A stretch of 64,000 nt of DNA, from contig CAXBQP010000002.1 of the NCBI GenBank assembly GCA_963978095.1, positions 64,001 through 128,000 of the forward strand, in the 5' to 3' direction. Within the stretch, counting starts at the first letter, position 1; each line of letters starts with the position of its first letter. Below are positions 22,008-32,526 of this stretch, piece by piece. Origin of the DNA: an uncultured bacterium (GTDB lineage Bacteria > Gemmatimonadota > Gemmatimonadetes > Gemmatimonadales > Gemmatimonadaceae). Below the pieces are notes generated by a model, which had not been told where the DNA came from, did not search any database, and saw only the letters and a program-made list of their open reading frames with translations. A program made the translations under genes and the position numbers.

Positions 22008-25000
22008 TTACTCCTCACCAGCGCTGAAGGGAAGGCCGCTGTATCCGCCCTCCGCGTTTGCGTCCATCGTGACGTGGATGCCGAGCGCCTGCAGTTCCTT
22101 CACCAGCACGTTGAACGACTCCGGCGTGCCCGGCTCGGGCAGGTTCTGCCCCTTCACGATCGCCTCGTACACGCGCGACCGGCCGTTCACGTCGTCCGAC
22201 TTCACCGTCAGGATCTCCTGCAGGGTGTGGGCCGCGCCGTACGCCTCCAGCGCCCACACTTCCATTTCTCCGAAGCGCTGACCACCGAACTGGGCCTTGC
22301 CCGCCAGCGGCTGCTGCGTCACGAGCGAGTACGGTCCGATGCTGCGCGCGTGGATCTTGTCATCCACGAGGTGGCTGAGCTTGAGCATGTACACGTTGCC
22401 CACCGTCACCGGCGACGTGAACTTCTCGCCGCTGCGCCCGTCGCGCAGCGCGATCTTGCCACCAGGCATCAACCCGGCGCGCGTGATCAGCTCCTTGCTC
22501 GCGGCATCCACGTCGGCTTCGCTCTTCTTGCCGAGCGTCGCCGCGAGGGCCGGCAGTCCCATCGACTCCAGCAGCTCCGGAGCAGAGAGCGCGTCGCGCT
22601 TCTCAAGCTCCTTCAGGGCCTTCTTGTACTCCGCCTTCGCCGCCGCCGACACCTCCTCCGAGGCGATCTCCGCCTCGTGGAACGCGATGGCGTGCTTCAG
22701 GTCGGTATGCTCGCGCTCGGCCAGCTCCTTCGCCGCCGCCGCGATGTAGTCCCGGACGCGATGGAAGACGTCCTTCGTCTCGGCCGACATCCCGCGAGCA
22801 TTGAGGTCGTTGATGTCCGCGTCGTGCAACAGCTCCACCTTCTCCTCGCCGATGGCCGGACGCAGATCCGACAGGAACGTCTTGATCTCCTTGTCCGAGA
22901 TCTCCAACGCCGCCGTCCGCAGGTCGAGCGCCTCGTGCGACCACCGGAGCGAGGCCAGGCGGATCAGCAGCCCGACTTCCTTTTCCGTGGCGCCCTGGAA
23001 GACCGGCGTCTTGGCGTAGAAGCCCAGGATGCGCGCCGCCCACCCGAGATGCGTCTCGAGGATCTGTCCCACGTTCATGCGCGACGGCACACCGAGCGGG
23101 TTCAGCACGATGTCCACCGGACGACCGTCCGGCAGGAACGGCATGTCCTCCTCGGGCACGATGCGCGCCACGATACCCTTGTTGCCGTGACGGCCGGCCA
23201 TCTTGTCGCCCACCGAGATCTTGCGCTTCTCGGCGAGATAGACCTTCACGAGCTGGATGACGCCCGGGGGCAGTTCATCCGGCTGCAGGATGCGGTCGAT
23301 GCGCTCTTCCGCCTTCTCCTCGATCTTCGCCTTCACCTGATTGGCGGCGTCGATGATCTCGCGGAGGTCGTCGTTGACCTTCTTGGCCTCGACGCGGAAG
23401 GTCTTCAGGTCGAGCGTCGCGAGCCGAAGTCCGTTCAGCACGTCGGCCGTGAGCTTCGTCCCCGGCGCGAGCGCCTCCTCGACCGTGCCCGACTTGAGGG
23501 CAAGGGCGACGGTCTGCCCGATGAGCAGTTCCTTCAGTTCGGCGTCGCGCACGTCGTTGACGCGCACCTTCTCCTCACCCTCGAGGCGGCGCACCTCGCC
23601 GATACGCTCACCACGATCCTTCTCGACCACCCCGTCTTCCACGCGCGAGAAGATCTTGACGTCGATCACGACGCCCTCCATCCCCGGCGGCACCTTCAGC
23701 GACGAGTCCTTCACGTCCTTCGCCTTCTCGCCGAAGATGGCGGTGAGCAGCTTCTCTTCCGGCGACAGCTCCGTTTCCCCCTTCGGCGTGATCTTGCCGA
23801 CGAGGATGTCGCCCGGGCGCACATGGGCCCCGATGCGCACGATGCCGCGCTCATCGAGATCCATGAGAGACTCTTCGGAGACGTTCGGGATCTCGCGCGT
23901 GATCTCTTCCTGGCCGCGCTTGGTGTCGCGGACGTGCAACTCGAGTTCCTGGATATGGATCGACGAATAGACGTCGTCCTTCACCAGACGCTCGGAGAGG
24001 ACGATGGCGTCCTCGAAGTTGTGTCCGTACCAGGGCATGAAGGCCACGAGCACGTTGTTGCCCAGCGCGAGCTGACCGTGCTGCGTCGCCGCGCCGTCCG
24101 CCATGACCTCACCGGCCTTCACCTTCTGTCCGAGCTTCACGATCGGACGCTGGTTGATGGCGGTGTCCTGGTTCGTGCGCCAGTACTTCTTCACCCGGTA
24201 GCGGTCCTGCGCGCCCAGACGGGCGAGCGGCGCTTCGCCGTCTCCCTTTGCGGTCGCGCCGGCATCCACGATGATCTCGTCCGCCGTCACGCGCGTCACC
24301 ACGCCCGCGCGCTTGGCGATGATCGTCGCCCCGGAATCGCGGGCCACGGTCTCTTCGAGGCCGGTCCCCACGTACGGGGTCTGCGGGTTCAACAAGGGGA
24401 CCGACTGGCGCTGCATGTTGGATCCCATGAGCGCACGGTTGGCGTCGTCGTGCTCGAGGAACGGAATCAGCGCCGCGGCGATCGACACCACCTGCTCCGG
24501 TGCCACGTCCATGTAGTCGATCCGGTTCGGCTGGACCAACGGGACGTCACCCTGCTGACGGCTGAGCACGAACTCATCCACGAACGAGCCGTCGTCGTTC
24601 AGGCGCGCATTGGCCTGGGCGATGATGGCGTCCTCTTCCTTGTTGGCATCGAGCCACGCGAGCTGGTCGGTGACCTTGCCGTTCTTGACCACGCGGTACG
24701 GCGTCTCGATGAAGCCGAGGTCGTTCACGCGCGCGAAGCACGCGAGCGACGTGATCAGGCCGATGTTCGGACCTTCCGGCGTTTCGATCGGGCACATGCG
24801 CCCGTACTGCGAGTAGTGCACGTCACGAACTTCGAAGCCGGCGCGCTCACGGGTGAGGCCGCCCGGTCCGAGGGCCGAGAGGCGACGCTTGTGCGTCAAC
24901 TCGGCCAGCGGATTCGTCTGGTCCATGAACTGCGAAAGCTGCGACGACCCGAAGAACGCCTGGATCACCGCCGACACCGTGCGCGCGTTGACGAGGTCGT

Positions 25001-26579
25001 CGAGCGCGATCTTGTCGGTGTCCTGATTGATGCTCATGCGCTCCTTGACCAGACGCGCCATGCGCGAGAGGCCGACGGAGAACTGGTTGGCGATCAGCTC
25101 GCCGACCGAGCGGATGCGACGGTTGCCGAGGTGATCGATGTCATCCACATGCCCGCGCCCTTCGTGGAGTTCCACGAGATAGCGGATGATGGCGATGAAG
25201 TCGTCCTTGGTCAGGACCGTCTGGCTCGCCGGCGTGTTGAGGCGCAGGCGCTGATTGATCTTGTAGCGGCCCACGCGGCCGAGGTCGTACCGCTTGGGGC
25301 TGAAGAACAGGCGATCGAGCGCCTGCTTGGCCGTCTCCTTGTTGGGCGCATCGCCCGGACGGAGCAGCGAGTAGATCTGCTTCAGCGCCATGTCCTCGTC
25401 GTGCGTCGGATCCTTGGCGAGCGTGTTCTTGATGAGCGTGCTCTCGGCGCGGCCGCTCGGCACGAAGCACTGGACCTGGAGCAGCCCGTGCTTGCGGAGG
25501 CGCTTGACCAGCATCTCCTTCAGCTGCTGTCCCGCCTCGGCGATGACTTCGCCCGTCTCCGGATCGATGGCATCGACGGCGAGCACGCGCGGCGTCGGGC
25601 GCTCCTCGCGTTCGATCGCGTCCAGCTCGTCGCGGAGGTCCACGTTGCCGTAGCTGGCGAACACCTTGACCTTGTCGATCTTCTGGCGGCGAAGGCGGTT
25701 GAACACCTCTTCCGTCAGCTCGTCCCCTTCCTTGACAAGGAGCGAGTTCTCGTTGCGCTCGCGCTCGGCGCGGGCCTTCTTGGTCTTGGCCTTCGGCGCG
25801 TCCTCGGCCGTGGCCTCGCCCGGCAGCTCGATGTCCTCGGCGATGATCGCGCCGACGACCTCACGGTTCTCCGCGCGTCCTTCGCGCTTCTTCGTCAGGT
25901 CCAGCTCGCGGACGGCGAAGAAGAGGCGGAGGATGTCGGAGTTGTTGCCGAAGCCGAAGGCGCGCAGGAGCGCGGTGGCCGGGAACTTCTTCTTCTTGTC
26001 GATGTGGACGTAGATCACATCGTGGATGTCCACGGTGAACTCGACCCACGAGCCGCGGAACGGGATGATCCGCGACGAGATCAGGCGCTGTCCGTTCGGG
26101 TGCGTGCTCTCCTCGAACACGACGCCCGGCGACCGGTGCAGCTGGCTCACGATCACGCGTTCGGCTCCGTTGATCACGAAGGTGCCGAGGGCGGTGAGGA
26201 GCGGCAGCTCACCCAGGTAGACTTCCTTTTCGATCTGGTTCTTGATGCGCTTCTTGCCGTCGGCGGCCGCTTCCTCGAAGACCGTCAGGGCGAGGGTCGC
26301 CTTGAGCGGCGCGGAGAAGGTCATGTCGCGCTCGATGCACTCCTCGACGGAGTACTTCGGCTCGCCCAGCGTGTAGCGCTTGAAGTCCAGCGAGAAGTTC
26401 TCGTGCACGTCGGTGATCGGGAACAGGTCCTTGAAGACCCGTTCGAGTCCGACGTCCTCGCGGTCGTGCGAGGCCGCATCCAACTGGAGCAGCGTTTCGA
26501 ACGCGCGCGTCTGGATGTCGAGGAGATGGGGCATGTCCATGCCCGACTCCAGCTTCCCGAACGAAATTTGCTTGATCAT
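22008..26579 (-). CDS. rpoB: RNA polymerase beta subunit
   Basis: [31 protein letters not shown]. Confidence 0.99.
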   Translation of the reverse strand: MIKQISFGKLESGMDMPHLLDIQTRAFETLLQLDAASHDREDVGLERVFKDLFPITDVHENFSLDFKRYTLGEPKYSVEECIERDMTFSAPLKATLALTVFEEAAADGKKRIKNQIEKEVYLGELPLLTALGTFVINGAERVIVSQLHRSPGVVFEESTHPNGQRLISSRIIPFRGSWVEFTVDIHDVIYVHIDKKKKFPATALLRAFGFGNNSDILRLFFAVRELDLTKKREGRAENREVVGAIIAEDIELPGEATAEDAPKAKTKKARAERERNENSLLVKEGDELTEEVFNRLRRQKIDKVKVFASYGNVDLRDELDAIEREERPTPRVLAVDAIDPETGEVIAEAGQQLKEMLVKRLRKHGLLQVQCFVPSGRAESTLIKNTLAKDPTHDEDMALKQIYSLLRPGDAPNKETAKQALDRLFFSPKRYDLGRVGRYKINQRLRLNTPASQTVLTKDDFIAIIRYLVELHEGRGHVDDIDHLGNRRIRSVGELIANQFSVGLSRMARLVKERMSINQDTDKIALDDLVNARTVSAVIQAFFGSSQLSQFMDQTNPLAELTHKRRLSALGPGGLTRERAGFEVRDVHYSQYGRMCPIETPEGPNIGLITSLACFARVNDLGFIETPYRVVKNGKVTDQLAWLDANKEEDAIIAQANARLNDDGSFVDEFVLSRQQGDVPLVQPNRIDYMDVAPEQVVSIAAALIPFLEHDDANRALMGSNMQRQSVPLLNPQTPYVGTGLEETVARDSGATIIAKRAGVVTRVTADEIIVDAGATAKGDGEAPLARLGAQDRYRVKKYWRTNQDTAINQRPIVKLGQKVKAGEVMADGAATQHGQLALGNNVLVAFMPWYGHNFEDAIVLSERLVKDDVYSSIHIQELELHVRDTKRGQEEITREIPNVSEESLMDLDERGIVRIGAHVRPGDILVGKITPKGETELSPEEKLLTAIFGEKAKDVKDSSLKVPPGMEGVVIDVKIFSRVEDGVVEKDRGERIGEVRRLEGEEKVRVNDVRDAELKELLIGQTVALALKSGTVEEALAPGTKLTADVLNGLRLATLDLKTFRVEAKKVNDDLREIIDAANQVKAKIEEKAEERIDRILQPDELPPGVIQLVKVYLAEKRKISVGDKMAGRHGNKGIVARIVPEEDMPFLPDGRPVDIVLNPLGVPSRMNVGQILETHLGWAARILGFYAKTPVFQGATEKEVGLLIRLASLRWSHEALDLRTAALEISDKEIKTFLSDLRPAIGEEKVELLHDADINDLNARGMSAETKDVFHRVRDYIAAAAKELAEREHTDLKHAIAFHEAEIASEEVSAAAKAEYKKALKELEKRDALSAPELLESMGLPALAATLGKKSEADVDAASKELITRAGLMPGGKIALRDGRSGEKFTSPVTVGNVYMLKLSHLVDDKIHARSIGPYSLVTQQPLAGKAQFGGQRFGEMEVWALEAYGAAHTLQEILTVKSDDVNGRSRVYEAIVKGQNLPEPGTPESFNVLVKELQALGIHVTMDANAEGGYSGLPFSAGEE

Positions 26580-26727
26580 ATCAACCCTGGCTCGGCCGAT
26601 GGACGGCGAAAGCCGCCCGCCCCCGGCGCGCGAGGATTTCGCGCGGCGGAGCGGGACGGACGGAACTTCAGTTGTACGTCGGTGCGAATGCGATCATGGA
26701 CGGCGAGACCACGTGAGGGGGAGGATG

Positions 26728-26765
26728 TCGTGACCGGCTGCCGCGTCGCGGTCAGCCGGCCACGA
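26728..26765 (-). terminator. Hairpin in rplL-rpoB spacer (candidate attenuator/terminator)
   Basis: TCGTG-CCGGCTG ... CAGCCGG-CACGA stem 12 nt past the rplL stop. Confidence 0.5.
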
Positions 26766-26777
26766 GAACCTGCCGCC

Positions 26778-27167
26778 TTACTTGATCTCGGCCGTCGCGC
26801 CCTGCTCTTCGAGCTTGGCCTTGATGGACGCGGCTTCGTCCTTCGACACGCCCGCCTTCACCACCTGCGGGGCGCCGTCGACCATGTCCTTCGCTTCCTT
26901 CAGGCCCAGGCCGGTGAGCTCGCGCACCACCTTGATGACCTGGATCTTCTTCGCGCCGGCATCCTTGAGCGTGACCGTGAACTCGGTCTGCTCCTCGGTT
27001 GCGCCGCCGCCGCCCGCACCCGCGCCACCCGCCGGGGCCGCAGCCGCGGCGACGACGGTCACGTTGAACTTCGTCTTGAACGCATCGATCAGCTCGGCGA
27101 GCTCGATGACCGACATGTTGCCGATCGCGTCGAGGATCTCGTCCTTGCTCAGAGTCGCATTAGCCAT
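26778..27167 (-). CDS. rplL: 50S ribosomal protein L7/L12
   Basis: [20 protein letters not shown]. Confidence 0.98.
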   Translation of the reverse strand: MANATLSKDEILDAIGNMSVIELAELIDAFKTKFNVTVVAAAAAPAGGAGAGGGGATEEQTEFTVTLKDAGAKKIQVIKVVRELTGLGLKEAKDMVDGAPQVVKAGVSKDEAASIKAKLEEQGATAEIK

Positions 27168-27218
27168 TGTCAGATATCTCCGTGAAGAATCCCCCAGGAC
27201 AGCCTGGGGCGTTGTTGG

Positions 27219-27722
27219 TCAGGCAGACGCCTGGGGATTGGAACCGGCCTCGAGTTGCGCCACGCGCGCCTCGAGCGTGAGCGCGAACATCGAGAGCACA
27301 CTGTTGAAGCAGCCGAGCAACTGGCCGAGCGCTTCGTCCCGGGTCGGGAGCGAGGCGAGCTTCTTCACGAGCGCCGCATCCACCGTGGCGCCCTCGTAGA
27401 TCCCCCCCTTCACCTCCGGACGCGAATCATTGGCCTTCGCGAAGTCGGTGAGGATCTTGGCCGCCACCACCGCATCCTTCGCGACGACGACGCCCGTGGG
27501 GCCCTTAAGCCGCACGCCGACGCGACCGCTCTCGTTCACGGCCTTCAGCGCCAGCGTGTTCTTGATGACGACGTAGTCCACGCCCGCCTTGCGGAACTGG
27601 CGACGGAGCTCGGTCATCCGCTTCACGTTCAGCCCCGTGAAGTCGGTGTAGTACAGGGCGTTCGCGCCCGCCATCTTGTCCTTCAGCTCGGCGACGAGCT
27701 GTTCCTTGTCGGATCGCTTCAT
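27219..27722 (-). CDS. rplJ: 50S ribosomal protein L10
   Basis: [22 protein letters not shown]. Confidence 0.96.
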   Translation of the reverse strand: MKRSDKEQLVAELKDKMAGANALYYTDFTGLNVKRMTELRRQFRKAGVDYVVIKNTLALKAVNESGRVGVRLKGPTGVVVAKDAVVAAKILTDFAKANDSRPEVKGGIYEGATVDAALVKKLASLPTRDEALGQLLGCFNSVLSMFALTLEARVAQLEAGSNPQASA

Positions 27723-27728
27723 CGTCGG

Positions 27729-28418
27729 TTACCGGTACGGGGTGGTATCGATACGGACGCCGGGGCCCATCGTGCTGGACACGGCCACCGTCTTCACGTA
27801 CACGCCCTTCGCCGCGCTCGGCTTCGAGCGCACGATGGTGTCCATCAGGGCGGTGAAGTTCGTCTCCAGCGACTCGAGCGGGAACGACACCTTGCCGATC
27901 GCGGCATGGACGTTGCCTCCCTTGTCGACGCGGAACTCGATCTTGCCCGCCTTCGTCTCCTTCACGGCCTGGCCGACGTTGAACGTCACCGTCCCCGCCT
28001 TCGGGTTCGGCATCAGTCCGCGCGGACCGAGCACGCGACCAAGGGCACCGATCTGCCCCATCTGGTCCGGCGTCGCGATCAGCACGTCGAAATCCATCCA
28101 GCCTTCCTTGATCTTCGCGATGTAGTCGGTGCCGACGAAATCCGCGCCGGCGGCCTCGGCTTCCTTCGCCTTGTCGCCGACGGCGATCACCAGCACGCGC
28201 ACCGTCTTGCCGGTGCCGGCCGGGAGCACCACCGTGCCACGCACGATCTGGTCGGCGTGACGCGGATCGACACCCAAGCGGATCGCCACGTCGACGGTCT
28301 CGTCGAACTTGGCGAACGCGGCGCCCTTCACCTGCTCGAGCGCGGCCTTGGGGGCCACCGCCGCGTTGAGGTCACGCCCCTCGGCGACCTTGCGATACTT
28401 CTTCCCGTGGGTGCGCAT
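27729..28418 (-). CDS. rplA: 50S ribosomal protein L1
   Basis: [25 protein letters not shown]. Confidence 0.98.
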   Translation of the reverse strand: MRTHGKKYRKVAEGRDLNAAVAPKAALEQVKGAAFAKFDETVDVAIRLGVDPRHADQIVRGTVVLPAGTGKTVRVLVIAVGDKAKEAEAAGADFVGTDYIAKIKEGWMDFDVLIATPDQMGQIGALGRVLGPRGLMPNPKAGTVTFNVGQAVKETKAGKIEFRVDKGGNVHAAIGKVSFPLESLETNFTALMDTIVRSKPSAAKGVYVKTVAVSSTMGPGVRIDTTPYR

Positions 28419-28840
28419 CAGTCGCGAACCTCCACACCCATCGAGCGCGCCGCGCCTGCGATCATGCGCATGGCGGAATCGATCGATTCGGTGTTGAGGT
28501 CGGGCATCTTCAGCTCGGCGATCTGCTTGACCTGAGCCTTCGTGATGGTCCCCACCTTGTTGCGATTCGGCTGCCCCGAGCCCTTCTCGATCCCCACGGC
28601 CTTCTTGACGAGCACCGCAGCAGGCGGCGTCTTCAGGATGAACGTGAAGCTCTTGTCGGCGAAAATCGTGATCTCGACCGGGAGAATCGTATCCTGGCCC
28701 TGCGTCCGAGCGTTGAACTCTTTGCAGAACGCCATGATGTTGATTCCCTGCGGTCCGAGCGCGGTGCCGACCGGAGGGGCCGGGTTCGCCTTGCCTGCAG
28801 GAATCTGCAGCTTGACGAATCCTACGGCCTTCTTTGCCAT
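28418..28840 (-). CDS. rplK: 50S ribosomal protein L11
   Basis: [23 protein letters not shown]. Confidence 0.98.
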   Translation of the reverse strand: MAKKAVGFVKLQIPAGKANPAPPVGTALGPQGINIMAFCKEFNARTQGQDTILPVEITIFADKSFTFILKTPPAAVLVKKAVGIEKGSGQPNRNKVGTITKAQVKQIAELKMPDLNTESIDSAMRMIAGAARSMGVEVRD

Positions 28841-28853
28841 GGAACTCCTCTAG

Positions 28854-28917
28854 ACACGTAGAGCGGAGCATGCGCCGGGGACCCTGCCCCGCGAATGTCC
28901 GCTGACTCCCACGGTGT
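28854..28917 (-). promoter_or_regulatory. Candidate L1-binding autoregulatory hairpin in rplK leader
   Basis: CGUG-GGAG-UC-AGCGGA...UCCGCU-C-UACG stem with GGAG asymmetric loop just 5' of the RBS. Confidence 0.45.
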
Positions 28918-29031
28918 GATTAGCGTCGTTGTGGTAGCCGACGGGTGCGCTCCTCGCTGGTTCTCAGCTGCCCCGCGCAAGGGCACGAACACCTTCAGTT
29001 GACCTGCACCAACCACCAGCACCAGCCGCGC

Positions 29032-29574
29032 CTAGTGCGCGCGCAACTGGAGATAATCGAGTTCCACCGACGTGGGACGACCGAAGAGCGAGACGCTCAC
29101 CCGGACCTTCCCCTTGTCGGGCATGACGTCCTCGACCGTGCCATTGAAATCCGTGAAGGGCCCTTCCGTGATCGCCACGGCCTGCCCGACGAGGAACGGG
29201 ATCTCCTCCTTCGGCGCGACCTCCTCCGCCTCCTCGGCGCGGCCGAGCAGGCGGTTGACCTCGTCCTGACGCAGCGGCTGCGGATCACGGTCCTTGCCCA
29301 CGAACTTGATCACGCCCTGGATGCTGCCGACGGTGTGCAACGTTTCCTCGCCGACGACCATCTCGACGAGGACGTAGCCCGGGAAGACCTTGCGCTCGAC
29401 GGTGACCTTCTTGCCATTCTTGATCTCCACCGCCTGCTCGGTCGGCACGAGGGCCTGCCGGATGAGGCGCAGCTCCGCCGGCGCAGGATCGCCGTCGATC
29501 TTGCGCTGCAGCAGGTTCCGGACCTTGTTCTCGTGGCCGGAGGTCGTCTGCACGGCGTAGAAGTGATGCGTCAC
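29032..29574 (-). CDS. nusG: Transcription termination/antitermination factor NusG
   Basis: [36 protein letters not shown]. Confidence 0.97.
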   Translation of the reverse strand: MTHHFYAVQTTSGHENKVRNLLQRKIDGDPAPAELRLIRQALVPTEQAVEIKNGKKVTVERKVFPGYVLVEMVVGEETLHTVGSIQGVIKFVGKDRDPQPLRQDEVNRLLGRAEEAEEVAPKEEIPFLVGQAVAITEGPFTDFNGTVEDVMPDKGKVRVSVSLFGRPTSVELDYLQLRAH

Positions 29575-29575
29575 G

Positions 29576-29806
29576 TCAACCACCGAAGAGCGCCGGGATC
29601 CAGCGCACCAGGAGGTTCTGGAAGAGCAGATCCATGAGCGCGATGACGCCACCGATGAAGAGCGAGAGGATGACCACGCCGATGGCCAGCTGCCGCACCT
29701 GCGGCACATCCGGCCAGGTGACGCGCTTCATCTCCACCACCACCTCACGATAGAACTCCGTGAGGCGCTGGGGGACACTCGCCTTCGGGACCTCGGCGAC
29801 GGCCAC
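29576..29806 (-). CDS. secE: Preprotein translocase SecE
   Basis: EMKRVTWP plus one TM; GTG overlaps the rpmG stop. Confidence 0.93.
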   Translation of the reverse strand: MAVAEVPKASVPQRLTEFYREVVVEMKRVTWPDVPQVRQLAIGVVILSLFIGGVIALMDLLFQNLLVRWIPALFGG

Positions 29807-29958
29807 TACTTGGTCTCCTTGTGCACCTGATGCTTGTCGCACCGGGGGCAGTACTTCTTCCACTCCACGCGCTCCGGGTGGGTGCGCTTGTTCTTGGTCG
29901 TGAAGTAGTTCCGATTCTTGCACTCGCCGCAGGCGAGGATGATCTTTTCGCGGGGCAT
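29806..29958 (-). CDS. rpmG: 50S ribosomal protein L33 (Zn-ribbon form)
   Basis: LACGEC...KKYCPRC..HKETK. Confidence 0.96.
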   Translation of the reverse strand: MPREKIILACGECKNRNYFTTKNKRTHPERVEWKKYCPRCDKHQVHKETK

Positions 29959-30005
29959 GACCTTCGTCCTCAACAAAAGTTCGACCTTCACCAGCACCTG
30001 CTCAG

Positions 30006-30078
30006 AGCACGCAATCGGGATCGAACCGATGACCTCATCCTTACCAAGGATGTGCTCTACCGACTGAGCTATGCGTGC
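30006..30078 (-). tRNA. tRNA-Thr(GGT)
   Basis: Cloverleaf, anticodon arm CATCC-TTGGTAA-GGATG, TTCGA T-loop; CCA not encoded. Confidence 0.95.
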
Positions 30079-30141
30079 AACGTGCGCACCAACGCACCGA
30101 TCGTCGACCGACGACTGAATCCAACATCCTGCGACCACCAG

Positions 30142-30214
30142 AGCGGGAGACGGGGCTCGAACCCGCGACATCAAGCTTGGAAGGCTTGCGCTCTACCAGC
30201 TGAGCTACTCCCGC
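30142..30214 (-). tRNA. tRNA-Gly(TCC)
   Basis: Anticodon arm CAAGC-CTTCCAA-GCTTG; acceptor GCGGGAG/CTCCCGC. Confidence 0.95.
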
Positions 30215-30297
30215 ACACTGCCGCCCGCCCACACGTCCCTCGACCGCTCACGCACTCGATCTGCCACTTGCGCCAGCTCCTGCGAATCCCGCTCCGA

Positions 30298-30380
30298 TGG
30301 TGGGGGAAGGATTCGAACCTTCGAAGGCTTGCGCCGGCAGATTTACAGTCTGCTCCCGTTGGCCACTTGGGTACCCCACC
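30298..30380 (-). tRNA. tRNA-Tyr(GTA)
   Basis: GCAGA-CTGTAAA-TCTGC, long variable arm. Confidence 0.95.
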
Positions 30381-30472
30381 CTCACAAAACCGCGACTTCA
30401 GTTCGCCAAAGGGCGTCCCTGACCTGACTTGCCGCCACAACGAAAAACAGGCTTTTGCGGCCAGAGCCAAGT

Positions 30473-30501
30473 AAGATAAGCTGAATCAAGGGTTTGGTCA
30501 A
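30473..30501 (-). promoter_or_regulatory. Sigma-70-type promoter for tRNA-Tyr/Gly/Thr-rpmG unit
   Basis: TTGACC-N17-TATCTT on minus strand. Confidence 0.75.
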
Positions 30502-30785
30502 TGGGGAAAGTACAGGAACGTGACCTGTGCACGGACAAGAATGCATCAGGCGTTCCTACGAATCACAGCGGGCACCGAGGGTGGTCGCTCACTCGCCCCC
30601 CCCTCCGAGCCGACCCGCATTCGGGCCGACGGCAATGAAGTGTTACAAAATTGTAGAGAATCGACTTTTCAGGGGAGAATGGCCTCCTTTTCAGCTCCGA
30701 AATCGACGCCGACTGTTTACAATCCACGCACTTTTCTGTAGTATTTCGTCCCTCTGATTCACTTGCTCTTCCAACTGTCAATAAC

Positions 30786-31238
30786 TTGCCCGTTTCCTGT
30801 CGCCATCGTGCGGGCTATACGCTCATCGAAGCAATGGTCGTCGTGGTGATCGTTGGGATGATGGCGACGATCGCTATGCCGCGTATCGGCACGACTGTCG
30901 CTCGATCACGTATCGCCGCTCTCGAGGTTGTGGTCGGCAGTGATATGGCCAACGCTTTCGCGCTGGCAGCGCGCACGCGACGGCCGGTCACGCTGACCTA
31001 CGACGGCACCACGAAACAGTTGCTCACGAAGGACCGGGCGTCGGGCATCACACTCAGCGCCCGCTATCTGGGACAAGCGGCCGACCTTTCGGTCACGCGC
31101 GTGACGCTGTCGCCGGCGACCGGCATCACGATATTCCCCACGGGACTGGCGGACGATGCGCTCCAAGTGACCATCGCGAACGGCAGTTTTTCCCGGCAGC
31201 TCCGCTCGACCATCGCAGGGCAGATCACACGGCAATGA
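30786..31238 (+). CDS. Type IV minor pilin, FimT/FimU/GspH-like
   Basis: Prepilin motif G|YTLIEAMVVVVIVG..IAMP. Confidence 0.85.
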   Translation: MPVSCRHRAGYTLIEAMVVVVIVGMMATIAMPRIGTTVARSRIAALEVVVGSDMANAFALAARTRRPVTLTYDGTTKQLLTKDRASGITLSARYLGQAADLSVTRVTLSPATGITIFPTGLADDALQVTIANGSFSRQLRSTIAGQITRQ

Positions 31239-31669
31239 TCCGGCCGGTGCGCGAGCGGCCCCGACGGGGGGCGGGACTGCTTGAAGTGATCATCGCCGTT
31301 ATCCTCTTCGGCGTCATCGCCACCGTGAATCTGTCGGTCCTCACGCAACTCTCGCGCCGCCTGAGGGTCGTGGCGGCGGGCGCTGCGCGGTATGGGACGG
31401 AGAGTGAGGTTTCGAACCGCATGGCGTCATTGCCATACGACTCCGTGAGTGCGCACGCCGGCTGTCGCACCCTCACCACGGAGACGACGCCAAGCCGAGT
31501 GTGCGTTTCGGTGAGCTCGCAATCGACCACGCGCACCGTCACCGTGGTCTGGACTCCGACGGATGCCGCGATCCGGCCGGATTCGGTCATCCTCACGCGT
31601 AGCACCGCACCGACCGGCGCGTTGCGTCCCTACCCGACCACGTGGTCCAACAACAGCAAGGGATATTGA
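31235..31669 (+). CDS. Type IV minor pilin, PilV-like
   Basis: G|AGLLEVIIAVILFG; ATGA overlap. Confidence 0.75.
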   Translation: MIRPVRERPRRGAGLLEVIIAVILFGVIATVNLSVLTQLSRRLRVVAAGAARYGTESEVSNRMASLPYDSVSAHAGCRTLTTETTPSRVCVSVSSQSTTRTVTVVWTPTDAAIRPDSVILTRSTAPTGALRPYPTTWSNNSKGY

Positions 31670-32526
31670 CCGTGGTCGCCACGACGCCATGGCCACCGCG
31701 GCGCGGGATGCGCCGGTGCGGATTCAGCATGATCGAGCTCCTCATCACCTTGGTGATGGTGGCGATCCTCGGTGCCGCGGCGAGCAGCATGTTGAAGAGT
31801 CAACTCCGCGGTTTCTCGCGCGTGAACGACCGCCAGGAAGCTCGAGCGGTCGCCCGGCTCGCGATGCAAGCGCTGGAGACGGAACTCGCGATGGTCGATG
31901 CGACGGCAGGCGGCGTGAATGGCGTGATCGCCGCCTCCAACGACTCGATCACCGTCCGCGTCCCGTACGCGTCGGGCGTCTTCTGCGCGAGCGGCACGAT
32001 GTTGCAGTTCCCGGGCGATTCGGCCGCGCAGTCCAGCGCGGTCTACGGGGGCTTCGCCATCAAGGACACGTCCGCGACGGGGGCCTACAGCTACACCAAC
32101 TCGTCGACCACCCCGTCAGCGGGCACGGGGGCGAACTGCACCAGCATCGGGCTCACGGCTCCCACCGGTGGGACCTACGTGTCGGTCAGTGGGGTGTCGG
32201 GGAGCGCCGGCGCGCCGATGTTCCTGTACCAAGTGATCACCTACCGGTTCAGCAGCTCGACGCTCTTCGCCACGCGCCGCGGGCTGTACCGGCGCGTCGG
32301 CGCGGGCACGGCCCAGGAGATCGCGGCCCCGTTCGATACGGCGGCGACGTTCCGATACTACACAGCGGCCTCGGACACCGCGCTCGCCACCACGCCGGCG
32401 GCATCGGCGATCCGCGGCGTTCAGGTGCGCGCGGCGGCCTTCAGCCCGCATCGCACGGCGGGGCGCGCCTCACCAGAGCGGGTCACGATCACATCGGCCA
32501 TCTTCTTCCGGAACCGGACCGATTGA
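31666..32526 (+). CDS. Type IV minor pilin, PilW-like (alternative start 31708)
   Basis: G|FSMIELLITLVMVAIL; C-terminal FFRN. Confidence 0.85.
   Translation: MTVVATTPWPPRRGMRRCGFSMIELLITLVMVAILGAAASSMLKSQLRGFSRVNDRQEARAVARLAMQALETELAMVDATAGGVNGVIAASNDSITVRVPYASGVFCASGTMLQFPGDSAAQSSAVYGGFAIKDTSATGAYSYTNSSTTPSAGTGANCTSIGLTAPTGGTYVSVSGVSGSAGAPMFLYQVITYRFSSSTLFATRRGLYRRVGAGTAQEIAAPFDTAATFRYYTAASDTALATTPAASAIRGVQVRAAAFSPHRTAGRASPERVTITSAIFFRNRTD

Noticed and set aside
24860..24960. Possible rifampicin-resistance alleles in rpoB (and streptomycin alleles in rpsL)
   Set aside because: [20 protein letters not shown] and PKKPNS/RVKDLP match sensitive-type consensus
28905..29000. TPP- or ZMP-riboswitch-like words (GCUGAGA, ACCCG, UAAU; CCAGCGAGGAGCG)
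   Set aside because: Core elements (ACCUG/P4-P5; GCCUGGGC pseudoknot) are missing and the rplK context does not fit
30607..30633. GAGCCGAC and GCCGACGGC resembling the tRNA-Thr(TGT) 3' end (possible att scar)
   Set aside because: Only 8-9 nt, expected by chance at this GC content, and no integrase is present
31563..32525. N-terminal extension making PilX 680 aa
   Set aside because: Overlaps the PilV-like and PilW-like genes in another frame; the prepilin motif begins at ATG 32526
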